Shown one piece after another: positions 23,207-32,307 of a DNA stretch of 36,715 bases. A program made the translations under genes and the position numbers. How positions within the stretch are numbered: the first letter of the stretch is position 1; every line of letters starts with the position of its first letter. Source of the DNA: a virus; IMG/VR virus record IMGVR_UViG_3300045988_069160, positions 1-36,715 of that record. One strand, 5' to 3'. The notes beneath the pieces were generated by a model that had not been told where the DNA came from, ran no database searches, and saw only the letters and a list, made by a program, of their open reading frames with translations.

Positions 23207-23544
23207 GTCTGTACGAGACCTTTTATGAAACTGCGGTACTGATGGACCGCAAGACCACAGCCTCGCCGGTCGGCGGCTTTATCTCCGGATGGACGGAGGG
23301 TGCGGAATTTCAAGCCGCATTCACCGGCCTTACTCCGACGGAAAAGATAGCTGCACAGCAGGCGGCGGTGCAGTACTCCGATACCATCGTCACGCCGATA
23401 AACACAGGGCTTGCGGAGCGGGACGTGTTTAAATTCGACGAAAAATACTACCGCGTGATAGGCAAGCTGCCGACAACGCCGAAAGTAGCGACATTCAGCT
23501 TCGAGCGCTACGCCGTAGAATCATTAGCGGGGTTGCCGACATGA
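23203..23544 (+). CDS. Head closure / head-tail adaptor protein
   Basis: ATGA overlap with the previous gene. 113 aa. The call rests on position and size. Confidence 0.65.
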   Translation: MSLYETFYETAVLMDRKTTASPVGGFISGWTEGAEFQAAFTGLTPTEKIAAQQAAVQYSDTIVTPINTGLAERDVFKFDEKYYRVIGKLPTTPKVATFSFERYAVESLAGLPT

Positions 23545-23924
23545 CAAAAGCTGAGGCGCTGCACGCATTTATGTCGGGTTTCACCTGGACTGCATACCCC
23601 AATCAGGCAACGATCGGCGCAGACGGGAAAGACCCGGCATTCCCCTATCTGGTATATGAACAGAATATAGGCTCGATAGACGACGGACCTATCGCCATCG
23701 TGATCAATCTGTGGGATTACAGCAGCAATCCTCAGACCGTCTTAAACAAGACGCAGGAGATATCCGAGAAAATCGGGCTGGGCGGCATATATCTCCCGTG
23801 CGATAACGGAGCGATACTGATCCAGCGAGGCTCGCCATTTTCGCAGGCACAGACAGATCAGGCGAGCGAGTATATACAAGGCCGCTATTTGCAGATAACG
23901 GCAGAATACCTTACACAAGACTGA
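23541..23924 (+). CDS. Tail completion / tail terminator-like protein
   Basis: ATGA overlap with the previous gene. 127 aa. It lies immediately upstream of the major tail gene. Confidence 0.6.
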   Translation: MTKAEALHAFMSGFTWTAYPNQATIGADGKDPAFPYLVYEQNIGSIDDGPIAIVINLWDYSSNPQTVLNKTQEISEKIGLGGIYLPCDNGAILIQRGSPFSQAQTDQASEYIQGRYLQITAEYLTQD

Positions 23925-23933
23925 GGTGTAGAA

Positions 23934-24545
23934 ATGAAATTTACAAAAATGCCCACGGAAACGTTCAAGCAGCTTACTGTGAACGCGGGCGTGATTCTCA
24001 AGACGTTTGACCCGGCAGACCCCAAGCTTACCGACAGTAATATCCTCGGGGCAACCTCGGGGGGCGTTAACGTCTCCATCACGAGGACCTTTGAAGACTA
24101 CGGAAGCGATATCGATAACTGCCCGGCCGACACAAAAGAGCTTAAAAAGTGCACGGCTGTAGCCGTCAAGGCTTCCGGGTCGTTTGTGACGATGAGTCCC
24201 GCACTGGCCGCGATGCTGGCCGCTGCTGCCGATATAGACAGCACCAACAACGCGAAAGTGACACTGAGGCGGGATCTTCTGGATTCCGACTTTTCAGACC
24301 TGTGGATCGTCGGTGACTATTCCGATAAAAACGGCGAAAAGAACGGCGGTTATATAGCTATTAAGCTCATTGCCGCGCTGTCGACCGGCGGATTCGTAGT
24401 GCAGACAAAGGACAAAGGCAAAGCAACATATTCATTTGAATTCACGGCGCACTCGAGCCTCACCGACCAGAACACCGTCCCTGTCGACATTTACGTCCAG
24501 AGCGGGACAGCTGAGACCACGAGCAACACGGGGGACGGAACATGA
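23934..24545 (+). CDS. Major tail protein
   Basis: GAGGTG RBS, 203 aa. It precedes the chaperone pair and the tape measure gene. Confidence 0.8.
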   Translation: MKFTKMPTETFKQLTVNAGVILKTFDPADPKLTDSNILGATSGGVNVSITRTFEDYGSDIDNCPADTKELKKCTAVAVKASGSFVTMSPALAAMLAAAADIDSTNNAKVTLRRDLLDSDFSDLWIVGDYSDKNGEKNGGYIAIKLIAALSTGGFVVQTKDKGKATYSFEFTAHSSLTDQNTVPVDIYVQSGTAETTSNTGDGT

Positions 24546-24904
24546 AGCTTTCTGAATTTTCAACCGACAGGGCGTGCGATGTAATGTGCGCCCTGACCCC
24601 TTATATAAGCAGCATTGCAGTTGATAACGAGCTGCTGGCCACGCTCAAGGAAAAGCTCCACGCCGAAACCCGCGCAGATATGCTGCTTGCAGGTGTGGAA
24701 AAATTCAACAAGGTCGTCCCGATACTGCTCAAGGAGCACCGCGAGGACGTATTTGGGATACTTGCCGTGCTCAACGACACCACCGCAGAAGCGATCGGGA
24801 AGCAGAACTTCATCAAGACGATGACGCAGATCCGCGACATTGCCAACGATAAGGAGCTTATGACTTTTTTCAGATCGTGCGCGGAGTCGGAAGAGAAAGA
24901 ATAA
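24542..24904 (+). CDS. Tail assembly chaperone (gpG-like)
   Basis: ATGA overlap with the previous gene. 120 aa, acidic C-terminus. The slippery site lies near its 3' end. Confidence 0.8.
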   Translation: MKLSEFSTDRACDVMCALTPYISSIAVDNELLATLKEKLHAETRADMLLAGVEKFNKVVPILLKEHREDVFGILAVLNDTTAEAIGKQNFIKTMTQIRDIANDKELMTFFRSCAESEEKE

Positions 24905-25143
24905 TAAATGCTCTCCTCTCCGCGCCGAAAGTCAGCGCGGCATCGTTCTTTTTGCTGCTGCCGGATATCGACCGGAGGGAGCAGAAGAAACAAGCTTACC
25001 AGATATACATCACAGATGCGCTCAAGATTATCGGCGGACTGAACATCCGATATGCGGACCTGATAAGACCGCAGGCGGCTCAAGAATCGCCGGAAGAGAT
25101 AATCGAACGTATGAAGCGAGACATTAACGGCACTGAAGAATGA
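24542..25143 (+). CDS. Frameshift-extended tail assembly chaperone (gpG-T-like fusion)
   Basis: This is the conserved G/T arrangement upstream of the tape measure gene. The downstream ORF lacks its own RBS and ends in an ATGA overlap with the tape measure start. Confidence 0.65.
24865..24871 (+). promoter_or_regulatory. -1 programmed frameshift slippery heptamer T_TTT_TTC
   Basis: In the G frame the sequence reads ACT TTT TTC. The ORF at 24877-25143 is in the -1 frame, and after the slip it reads FFQIVRGVGRERIINALL... Confidence 0.7.
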
Positions 25144-27008
25144 ATGTTTTTGAACTGTTCGCAAGGCTGAGCCTTGACACAAGTGAATATGAGCGAGACC
25201 TCGATGATGCACAGACCAAAGCAGACGGATTCGGCTCAAAGCTCAAGACCGGGCTTGCTGCTGCAGCGAAGATCGGCGCGGCTGCAATAGGGGCTGTAGC
25301 CACGGGAGTGGCTGCACTCGGCAAGGCGAGCATATCACAGTTCGCGGAGTATGAGCAGCTCGTCGGCGGCGCGGAGCTTATGTTTGACACAGCATACGAT
25401 ACTGTCGCGGCGAACGCCGAGAGTGCGTATCAAAGGGTGCAGATGAGTCAGAACGAGTACCTGACTCAGGTCAACGGCTTTGCGACCGGCCTTAAAACGG
25501 CGCTCGGCGATAATGCTCAGGCTGCGGCGGAGCTTGCGGACAAGATCATCACCGCCGAGGCTGACGTTGTGGCAGCGACTGGCGCATCCCAGGAGTCCGT
25601 GCAGAATGCTTTCAACGGTATTATGAAAAGCAACTACACGATGCTCGACAACCTGCAGCTTGGTATCACACCAACAAAAGAGGGATTCCAGAGCCTAATC
25701 GATAAAGTCAACGACTGGAACGCCGAGAACGACAGAATGACCGAGTATTCCATCGACAACCTCGCGGACTGTCAAGCGGCGCTGGTGGATTACATCGCAA
25801 TGCAGGGACTGTCAGGCTACGCAGCAGCCGAAGCGGCGGGCACCATACAAGGCTCTATCGCGTCGATGAAGTCGGCGTGGAAAGACCTACTGACAGCTTT
25901 TGCGGATGAAAACGCAGACCTCGAAACCAAAATAGACAACCTTGTCACATCGGCGGGGAATGTCTATCAGAACATCGAGCCGCGAATTATCAAGGTAGTG
26001 CAGGGGATAGCTGATTTTGCAAATCTGGTCGTGCCGAAGATCATCGATACCATCGGCGCAAATGCTCCGATGCTGCTGGAGGCGGCGGTATCCATCATCG
26101 GCACGCTTGCCGAGGCACTGATAAGCAATCTCCCGACGCTGTTAGCGGCGGCGCTGGAGCTTTTAGTGAGCCTTGCAGAGTCGATGGCGGATAATACAGG
26201 TGCCTTTGTAGACGGAGTGGTTCAGATCATTACTGCCGTTGCCGGGGCAATCTTGAATAACCTCCCGGCACTGACGGTGGCCGTTGTAGAAATAATCGTG
26301 AACCTTGCGGCTGAAATCGTCATGCACACCCCGGAGATAGTAGAAGCCGCCGGAGAAATCGTCCTCGCGGTGATAGGCGCACTGTTCGCGGCGATCGGCT
26401 CGTTCCTCGAAGTCGGCGGCGCGTGGATAGACAGTCTTAATGCAGCAATCGCGGCTAAGGTCTCCGAGGTCGTCACAGCGGCGCAGGAGCTTGTCAGTGG
26501 ATTCATTTCGACGCTTGCGGCAAAGTTCGCAGAAATATACGAACAGGCCGGCGAGTGGGTCGAAGAGAATCTGATAACGCCCATCAGCGACAAGGTAGAA
26601 GAGTTTGCTAACATCGGACAGTCTGTCGTTGACAAAATCCGGGAGGGCATCAGCAACGCGTGGGAAAGTCTGACATCGTGGTTTTCGGGTATATGGGATT
26701 CTCTATTCGGAAATCTGAGAGTCAACGTCGGCGTTGGCGGAAGCCGCGGCAGAGGCCACGCAGGCGGCCTGGATTACGTACCCTATAACGGATATCCCGC
26801 AGTGCTTCACCGCGGCGAGGCTGTGCTCACGTCGCGCGAGGCGGATAATTGGCGCAAGGGTGGAGCGGGAAACGCTGCCGCCATGCAGCCAATTACTCTC
26901 AACCTCGAATTGAAGACCGAGCTTGACGGCGCGACCGTGGCCAAGAAGACTTACAAGTACATACTCAAAGAGGCGGTCTACCACGGAGACCAGCTGATCA
27001 AGGCTTAA
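25140..27008 (+). CDS. Tape measure protein
   Basis: 622 aa, Ala/Gly/Ile-rich helical repeats, positioned after the G/T pair. Confidence 0.9.
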   Translation: MNVFELFARLSLDTSEYERDLDDAQTKADGFGSKLKTGLAAAAKIGAAAIGAVATGVAALGKASISQFAEYEQLVGGAELMFDTAYDTVAANAESAYQRVQMSQNEYLTQVNGFATGLKTALGDNAQAAAELADKIITAEADVVAATGASQESVQNAFNGIMKSNYTMLDNLQLGITPTKEGFQSLIDKVNDWNAENDRMTEYSIDNLADCQAALVDYIAMQGLSGYAAAEAAGTIQGSIASMKSAWKDLLTAFADENADLETKIDNLVTSAGNVYQNIEPRIIKVVQGIADFANLVVPKIIDTIGANAPMLLEAAVSIIGTLAEALISNLPTLLAAALELLVSLAESMADNTGAFVDGVVQIITAVAGAILNNLPALTVAVVEIIVNLAAEIVMHTPEIVEAAGEIVLAVIGALFAAIGSFLEVGGAWIDSLNAAIAAKVSEVVTAAQELVSGFISTLAAKFAEIYEQAGEWVEENLITPISDKVEEFANIGQSVVDKIREGISNAWESLTSWFSGIWDSLFGNLRVNVGVGGSRGRGHAGGLDYVPYNGYPAVLHRGEAVLTSREADNWRKGGAGNAAAMQPITLNLELKTELDGATVAKKTYKYILKEAVYHGDQLIKA

Positions 27009-27021
27009 GAAGGAGCGGACT

Positions 27022-27405
27022 ATGAACAAGGAAATCAAAGTGAACAACATAGACTGCTCCTTAATTTTTACCCGTTACGGGTACTCTGTGACTTACAAGA
27101 AGATCATGGGCGACGCCAGCGGCGATATGCTCGACGGGAGCACCACCGAGGACGTCATAGCGATTAGACCGGTAGTGACGTTCGGTTTCATGCCGGTCGA
27201 CGAAGATAAGCTGTCTGCGTTCATCGCGAGCCTTTACAAGAATGACTACGCGCAGCTGTATTACTTCGACCTCCGCGAGCGGGCGTATAAAACCATCGAA
27301 ACGATATACAGCGATGTACAGGCCGGTCACAGGCTGACGGGCACCGATGGGAAAGACTACTGGTTCGCGAACACCATAACGTTTGAGGGGAGAAGCCCAT
27401 TATGA
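27022..27405 (+). CDS. Distal tail protein (small, Dit-position)
   Basis: GAAGGAG RBS, 127 aa. The call is by position only. Confidence 0.6.
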   Translation: MNKEIKVNNIDCSLIFTRYGYSVTYKKIMGDASGDMLDGSTTEDVIAIRPVVTFGFMPVDEDKLSAFIASLYKNDYAQLYYFDLRERAYKTIETIYSDVQAGHRLTGTDGKDYWFANTITFEGRSPL

Positions 27406-29582
27406 GAGCTATCCCGAACAAAGTAGTGATCGGCGATGAGGATGCGCCGATCCTGACCTTTTATAACGACAGCATTAAAAACGTGACCGAAGAGACGGCA
27501 GTCTCACTGATCGGCGATGAGCTGTTTATAGATCAGTTCGTTCCAGTCGTCAGCTACAACCTGCTGATCCAGTACATCCTCACCCCAGCAGATCAGGAAA
27601 ATTACAACGGGCTTGTATCTGCGGACGGCTACGTCCTCTGCAGTCGATATAATTACGACATTCGAAACATCCCCTACGGGACGCCGGTCAGGTTCTACGT
27701 TGACGGTAAGATCAACGGATTGTTCTACTGCAACACAGTCGACCGGCAGGGGAAGAACCTGTTCAAGATCAACTGTATGTCCGCTATCGGCCTGATGAAC
27801 CGGCAACGCAGCAAGGGTGGCATCTATACCGGGCAGCGCTTCGACGCGGTGGCGGCGGAGATCATGGGTAACGAATACACCTACGATATCGAGCCGGATG
27901 TCGCGGAGCTTCAGGTGTTCGGCTGGCTGCCGTACTCCACTCGCCGCAGAAACCTGCATCAGCTGCTTGTCGCCTACGGAGTGACAATCACACGGTCGGA
28001 CACGGGCGGGATGCTGTTCACGTTCCTCAAGGCCATAGACTCACAGAAGATACCGAGCAGCCGCGTGTTCAACGGCGGCAGCGTTGTCTACGGCGAGCCT
28101 GCGTCAAGGGTCGAGGTGCTGGAACACGGGTACCACTATCTTTCAACGACGGAATATGAAGTGTTATACGACACGCAGGCCGAGACTGTAGAGAACGTGC
28201 TCGTGACATTTGACAAGCCCATATATGCACCGTCGTTGATGGTAGAGGAGGGCGGCGACCTCACGATCAGTTCATCCGGAACCAACTTTGCTGTGATATC
28301 TGGCACGGGAATCCTAAAGGGCAAGCCCTATGTACACACAGTAAAGCGGCTGACCGCTGACAATAAAGATGCCCTGACCGAGAAGATCGTCACCGTCGAG
28401 GAAGCGACACTGGTGACGGTGGCTAATTCTGAGAGCGTGCTTGCGAGACTGTCGGCCTACTACTTCCACGCGACGACTGTTCAGAATTCGATAATCGTCG
28501 ACGGCGAAACGACCGGCAAGAGATACAGCTTCGAGAATGCTTTCCACGAGCCGACGAACGCTTTTCTCGCTAAGAAGTCCACCATGGTTTCAAGCTTTTT
28601 GAGGGCTGAATGTGAATGGATTCAGGACTACATGCCGGTAGCTGAGGGCACAGCTTTCAACAAGCGGGCTATCCTCGAACTGACGGATACAGAACAGCGC
28701 TGGGACATCCCGGACAGCGTCTACGAGAAAGACGTCCCGCAGATCCGCTGCGTTCTGATTGGCCGCGGCTCAGACGGCGCGACCGGTGAAGATGGTGAGA
28801 CAGGCGGCTACGGTAATGACAGCGAGGGCGGCCCCGGTGGCGCTGGAGGCAAAGGCGGCAAAGGCGGCGCAGGCGGTAAGGTGTACTCTGCAACTATCGA
28901 CTGTAAAAATCTCGCGTTCATTCGGTATAAAAACATCGACGGGAACACCGTACTCTATGCCGCCGATGATATGTATTCATCGGCAAATGGCAACGCTTCA
29001 AGGTCTGGTTTCGTTGAAGTATTTTCCGGGGCGGTCTACGCACTGCCCGGCAACGACGGCGTTGATGGCGCAGACGGCGGTAAAGGCGGCTGTAACCCGG
29101 CTGTGGGTGCTTCGCCGCAAAAAGCCACCAATGGCAGTGACCTTGAATATGACGGCACTACATACAAGGGCGGTAAGGGCGGAAAAATGCAGGCCGTCAG
29201 AGCAAGAAGCTATTCGACCGCATACCACGAAAACATGACATGGCGTTTTGGCGGAAACGGCGGCGGTGGCGCTGCAGCCGGGGCAAATGGCCACGATGCA
29301 ACAGACCTCACAGGCGGAAACGAGGACTATGAATGGCCTACAGGCGGCGACGGCGCAGACGCTACCAAAGCGCAGCCGACTGTTGAGCTTTACGGCTCCG
29401 GCGGCAACGGGGGCTCCGGCGGCGGTGGCGGCGGCGGAGCTTCAAACCATTACTGGTGGAACGATGTTTATACTGTTCTTATTTCCACATGGTCACATGA
29501 AGAATCCAATATTCCCGGTAAAGGCGGCAAAGGCAGCGCTGGAACCGCCGGGTATAAAGGATGTCTCATAATCTACTATTAG
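27402..29582 (+). CDS. Tail tip / baseplate protein with Gly-rich, collagen-like C-terminal region
   Basis: ATGA overlap with the previous gene. 726 aa. From about nt 28761 it reads GSDGATGEDGETGGYGND...GGPGGAGGKGGKGGAGGK...GNDGVDGADGGKGG...GSGGNGGSGGGGGGG...GKGGKGSAGTAGYKG. Confidence 0.85.
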   Translation: MRAIPNKVVIGDEDAPILTFYNDSIKNVTEETAVSLIGDELFIDQFVPVVSYNLLIQYILTPADQENYNGLVSADGYVLCSRYNYDIRNIPYGTPVRFYVDGKINGLFYCNTVDRQGKNLFKINCMSAIGLMNRQRSKGGIYTGQRFDAVAAEIMGNEYTYDIEPDVAELQVFGWLPYSTRRRNLHQLLVAYGVTITRSDTGGMLFTFLKAIDSQKIPSSRVFNGGSVVYGEPASRVEVLEHGYHYLSTTEYEVLYDTQAETVENVLVTFDKPIYAPSLMVEEGGDLTISSSGTNFAVISGTGILKGKPYVHTVKRLTADNKDALTEKIVTVEEATLVTVANSESVLARLSAYYFHATTVQNSIIVDGETTGKRYSFENAFHEPTNAFLAKKSTMVSSFLRAECEWIQDYMPVAEGTAFNKRAILELTDTEQRWDIPDSVYEKDVPQIRCVLIGRGSDGATGEDGETGGYGNDSEGGPGGAGGKGGKGGAGGKVYSATIDCKNLAFIRYKNIDGNTVLYAADDMYSSANGNASRSGFVEVFSGAVYALPGNDGVDGADGGKGGCNPAVGASPQKATNGSDLEYDGTTYKGGKGGKMQAVRARSYSTAYHENMTWRFGGNGGGGAAAGANGHDATDLTGGNEDYEWPTGGDGADATKAQPTVELYGSGGNGGSGGGGGGGASNHYWWNDVYTVLISTWSHEESNIPGKGGKGSAGTAGYKGCLIIYY

Positions 29583-29593
29583 GCGGTGAAAAG

Positions 29594-30577
29594 ATGGCAA
29601 CAAACACAGTATCGTACTTTCCCCTCTCTCAGCTGCATCAGGAAATAGACGACACCTTAACAGGCGCTGTCAGATTCAACGCTGAACAGGGTCTGTCTGA
29701 ATCACAGAAAGCTCAGGCACGCGAGAACATCGGCGCTGTGCCGTTCGGCAGCAATCTCAAAATATTAGGTCATTTTGACACAGTCGCCGCGCTGCAAGCA
29801 TCTGCACCGCAGAACGTCGGCGACGCTTACAGCGTGGGCGCGATTACACCCTATAACCTGTACATATTCGACGGCCTACGTAATGAATGGGTAAACTACG
29901 GCCAAATCCGCGCAGCGGATATCTCCGCGCAATATGTCGAGAATCAGGTGATAGCCGTATCGGCGTGGACGCAGGATACCTCATCCCTCGCGGGATACAG
30001 CTATAAAGCACAGATCACGGTCAGCGGCGCGACGGGAGACGATTTCCCGATAGTGGCATTCAACCAGAGCGACGCAGTGAGCGGAAATTTTGCACCGCTG
30101 TCATTCTCCTTTGACGGTTATCTTGAGATATGGGCTAAAGAAAAGCCGACGGCAGCAGTGACCATCCCCATTGCAACGATCATAGTCAATGGCGGCAACG
30201 GACGCGGTATCACCAATGCAACCGGTGGCATAACCGCGGGGAGCATTGGTGCTGATAGCCTTGCAAACGGCTCTGTGACGGCACCTAAGATTGCAGACGG
30301 CGCAGTGTCACAGACTTTTACCGCAACGATAACCGCCGCGGGATGGACGGGCGACGCGACACCATACACAAACGATGTCACTGTAACCGGCCTGACCGCT
30401 GATGATAATCCTTTTGTTGACATGATCGCATCAAGCACCTTTGAGACCGCAGAAACCGAAATTGAAGCATTTGCGAACATTTATCGAATGGTCACGGCGG
30501 AAAATAAACTCACGGTCTATGCGGCAGAAAAGCCAACTGTTGATATCGTCATTCAAATTAAGGTGGTGAGAAAGTAA
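29594..30577 (+). CDS. Tail fibre protein
   Basis: ATG at 29594, 327 aa. The N-terminal RFNAEQGLSESQKAQARENIGA motif is common at the start of prophage tail fibre proteins (from memory). Confidence 0.75.
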   Translation: MATNTVSYFPLSQLHQEIDDTLTGAVRFNAEQGLSESQKAQARENIGAVPFGSNLKILGHFDTVAALQASAPQNVGDAYSVGAITPYNLYIFDGLRNEWVNYGQIRAADISAQYVENQVIAVSAWTQDTSSLAGYSYKAQITVSGATGDDFPIVAFNQSDAVSGNFAPLSFSFDGYLEIWAKEKPTAAVTIPIATIIVNGGNGRGITNATGGITAGSIGADSLANGSVTAPKIADGAVSQTFTATITAAGWTGDATPYTNDVTVTGLTADDNPFVDMIASSTFETAETEIEAFANIYRMVTAENKLTVYAAEKPTVDIVIQIKVVRK

Positions 30578-31302
30578 TGGGTGAAGCTTTTATAACGCGC
30601 AGGGGCGGCAGCAGTAACAAGGCCTTTGCCGTCATAGGCGTCACGTATCCAGCCGGTTCAATTTGCACATGTTCTAACGGTAGCAAAACGCTGACGACCA
30701 AGGACACGAGCGGTAAGGCGATGTTTATTATCCCCTCCGCCGGAACGTGGACGGTAACGGCGGTCAGCGGCAGCAAGAGCAAGAGCAAAGCGGTATCGAT
30801 CTCCGCCGAGGGACAGGTCGAGGTTGTGACACTGATTTTCGAGACGATACTTTGGGAAGCGGGTTCCGATCAGAACACGTCCTTAACAGGCGGCTTCGCT
30901 ACGAATAACACTTCTTATGCCTCTTATGTCACAGTGGGGGACAGCGCTGTGACCATAACTGGTAACAGGACATATTTCGGTGAGGGCAGTGACAATTGGT
31001 CATATGGCGGTAACTTTTATACCAAGAAGAAAGTGACCAAAGGTGAGTTCGAGTATTTCTGCGCAAACATCATAACGAATACTGGCAAGCAAACAGGCAA
31101 CAAAGCGTGGCTTTATGCAGCAGATCAGTATGATTTTACCGAGAATAATACGATTGCAAGGCTTGAAATTCCAGTTACCACTGGCGAAACGGGCGTATTC
31201 AAGATGCCCCTTACTGGAGTAACGTCTGCTGTTTTCGGCATCCGAGTCTATGGGTACATGGACCTGCAAACGATCGTCACAGACAAGATTTGGTTTGAAT
31301 AG
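30577..31302 (+). CDS. Hypothetical tail-associated protein (possible receptor-binding or fibre accessory)
   Basis: TAATG overlap with the previous gene. 241 aa, Ser/Thr/Gly-rich and beta-like. Lower GC (two sampled 60-nt lines give about 45%). Confidence 0.7.
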   Translation: MGEAFITRRGGSSNKAFAVIGVTYPAGSICTCSNGSKTLTTKDTSGKAMFIIPSAGTWTVTAVSGSKSKSKAVSISAEGQVEVVTLIFETILWEAGSDQNTSLTGGFATNNTSYASYVTVGDSAVTITGNRTYFGEGSDNWSYGGNFYTKKKVTKGEFEYFCANIITNTGKQTGNKAWLYAADQYDFTENNTIARLEIPVTTGETGVFKMPLTGVTSAVFGIRVYGYMDLQTIVTDKIWFE

Positions 31303-31313
31303 GGGGACATAAC

Positions 31314-31628
31314 ATGAAAATCTACATCGACACAAATGACGGATTTAAGTGTTACACCGCCGATACCGGCGGCCTGCTTGAATATGAAGAGCCTTTTTTC
31401 GACGGCAAATGCCCCGAGTTCATAGAAAGCTACCGCTGCAAGCCTGTCGGGTACAGATGGGTAGCTGAAAACGGCGAATTTACTCGAGCTGATTGCAAGC
31501 TTCTCATCCCGTGGAAGGACCTGGGCGAAGCATACGCGGCGCAGGCAGCTTACGTAACGGCACAGAACACGCAGTACGAAAACGCGTTATCCGAGATAGA
31601 AGCAGCGCTGGGGGTGAATGCTGAATGA
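31314..31628 (+). CDS. Hypothetical protein
   Basis: GGGGGA RBS, 104 aa. Confidence 0.7.
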   Translation: MKIYIDTNDGFKCYTADTGGLLEYEEPFFDGKCPEFIESYRCKPVGYRWVAENGEFTRADCKLLIPWKDLGEAYAAQAAYVTAQNTQYENALSEIEAALGVNAE

Positions 31629-31753
31629 CGATAGAAGAACGGAAGAACGCGATCCTTGCCAAAATCGCGGAGATAAAGCAGGGTGGAACTGATGAGGAAA
31701 AGCAGGACATGCAAAACGCCTTGAACGTGCTGGGGGTGACGGTCAATGAGTAA
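31625..31753 (+). CDS. Small hypothetical protein (42 aa)
   Basis: Not in the track. ATGA overlap. Product: MTIEERKNAILAKIAEIKQGGTDEEKQDMQNALNVLGVTVNE. Confidence 0.5.
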   Translation: MTIEERKNAILAKIAEIKQGGTDEEKQDMQNALNVLGVTVNE

Positions 31754-31925
31754 AGGCAAATGGACGATAGCTGCGGAGGAAGTAGCCGCCGACACCAAGA
31801 CCGCACTGCAAACGGTTTATGACGCGTTGAATCAGGGGCAGCAGAAGAAGATACTTAAGGACGCTCGGGTCAAGGCTCTATTCGACCGGTACGGCGTGGA
31901 GTATACGGGGAGAGGAGGTAACTGA
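31746..31925 (+). CDS. Small hypothetical protein (59 aa)
   Basis: Not in the track. It overlaps the previous ORF by 8 nt. Product: MSKGKWTIAAEEVAADTKTALQTVYDALNQGQQKKILKDARVKALFDRYGVEYTGRGGN. Confidence 0.5.
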   Translation: MSKGKWTIAAEEVAADTKTALQTVYDALNQGQQKKILKDARVKALFDRYGVEYTGRGGN

Positions 31926-31928
31926 GTA

Positions 31929-32030
31929 ATGGACGATGAGAAAACCGACAGCGGCTTGCTGACGGAAGACGCACGCGAGAGCGTAGACCCGACAGGGTGG
32001 CTGCTCTCAAGATTTACGACAGTGACATAA
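31929..32030 (+). CDS. Micro-ORF (33 aa)
   Basis: Not in the track. GAGGAGG lies 10 nt upstream. Product: MDDEKTDSGLLTEDARESVDPTGWLLSRFTTVT. Confidence 0.3.
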   Translation: MDDEKTDSGLLTEDARESVDPTGWLLSRFTTVT

Positions 32031-32041
32031 GGAGGAAAACA

Positions 32042-32302
32042 ATGTCAAACGAAAAATTCATTGAAAAAGCGAAAGCGTATGTTGCCGACTATGCGGCCAA
32101 GCACTGCGACAAAACAGATAAGATTCCAGACTTCGAGGTATTCGTAGTGTGGAACGCGTTTATTCTCGGGAACATCAAGGCGCTCCTCTCTACTACCCTC
32201 TTTGACGGTATGTACTATGAGGTAACATACAACGCAGTGAGGAATGAGATTTACTTCGACGCGTACAAGAAGTTCGAGAACCGCTGCGTTCCTGTGGAGT
32301 AA
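32042..32302 (+). CDS. Hypothetical protein
   Basis: ATG at 32042 follows an AAGGAGGA RBS. 86 aa. Lower GC than the backbone. Confidence 0.7.
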   Translation: MSNEKFIEKAKAYVADYAAKHCDKTDKIPDFEVFVVWNAFILGNIKALLSTTLFDGMYYEVTYNAVRNEIYFDAYKKFENRCVPVE

Positions 32303-32307
32303 AGACT

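Noticed and set aside
28759-29571. Alternative-frame + and minus-strand ORFs within the Gly-rich region (28669-28893, 28759-29238, 28998-29294 and 29248-29571).
   Set aside because: These are artefacts of GGC/GGT repeat DNA, which stays open in several frames. Their translations are Ala/Arg/Pro-rich, and they have no RBS.
29594-31302. A diversity-generating retroelement, or an invertible tail-fibre cassette (Gin/Cin-type shufflon).
   Set aside because: The window contains no reverse transcriptase and no template/variable repeat pair that I could see. There are no minus-strand fibre ORFs, no flanking inverted repeats and no serine invertase.
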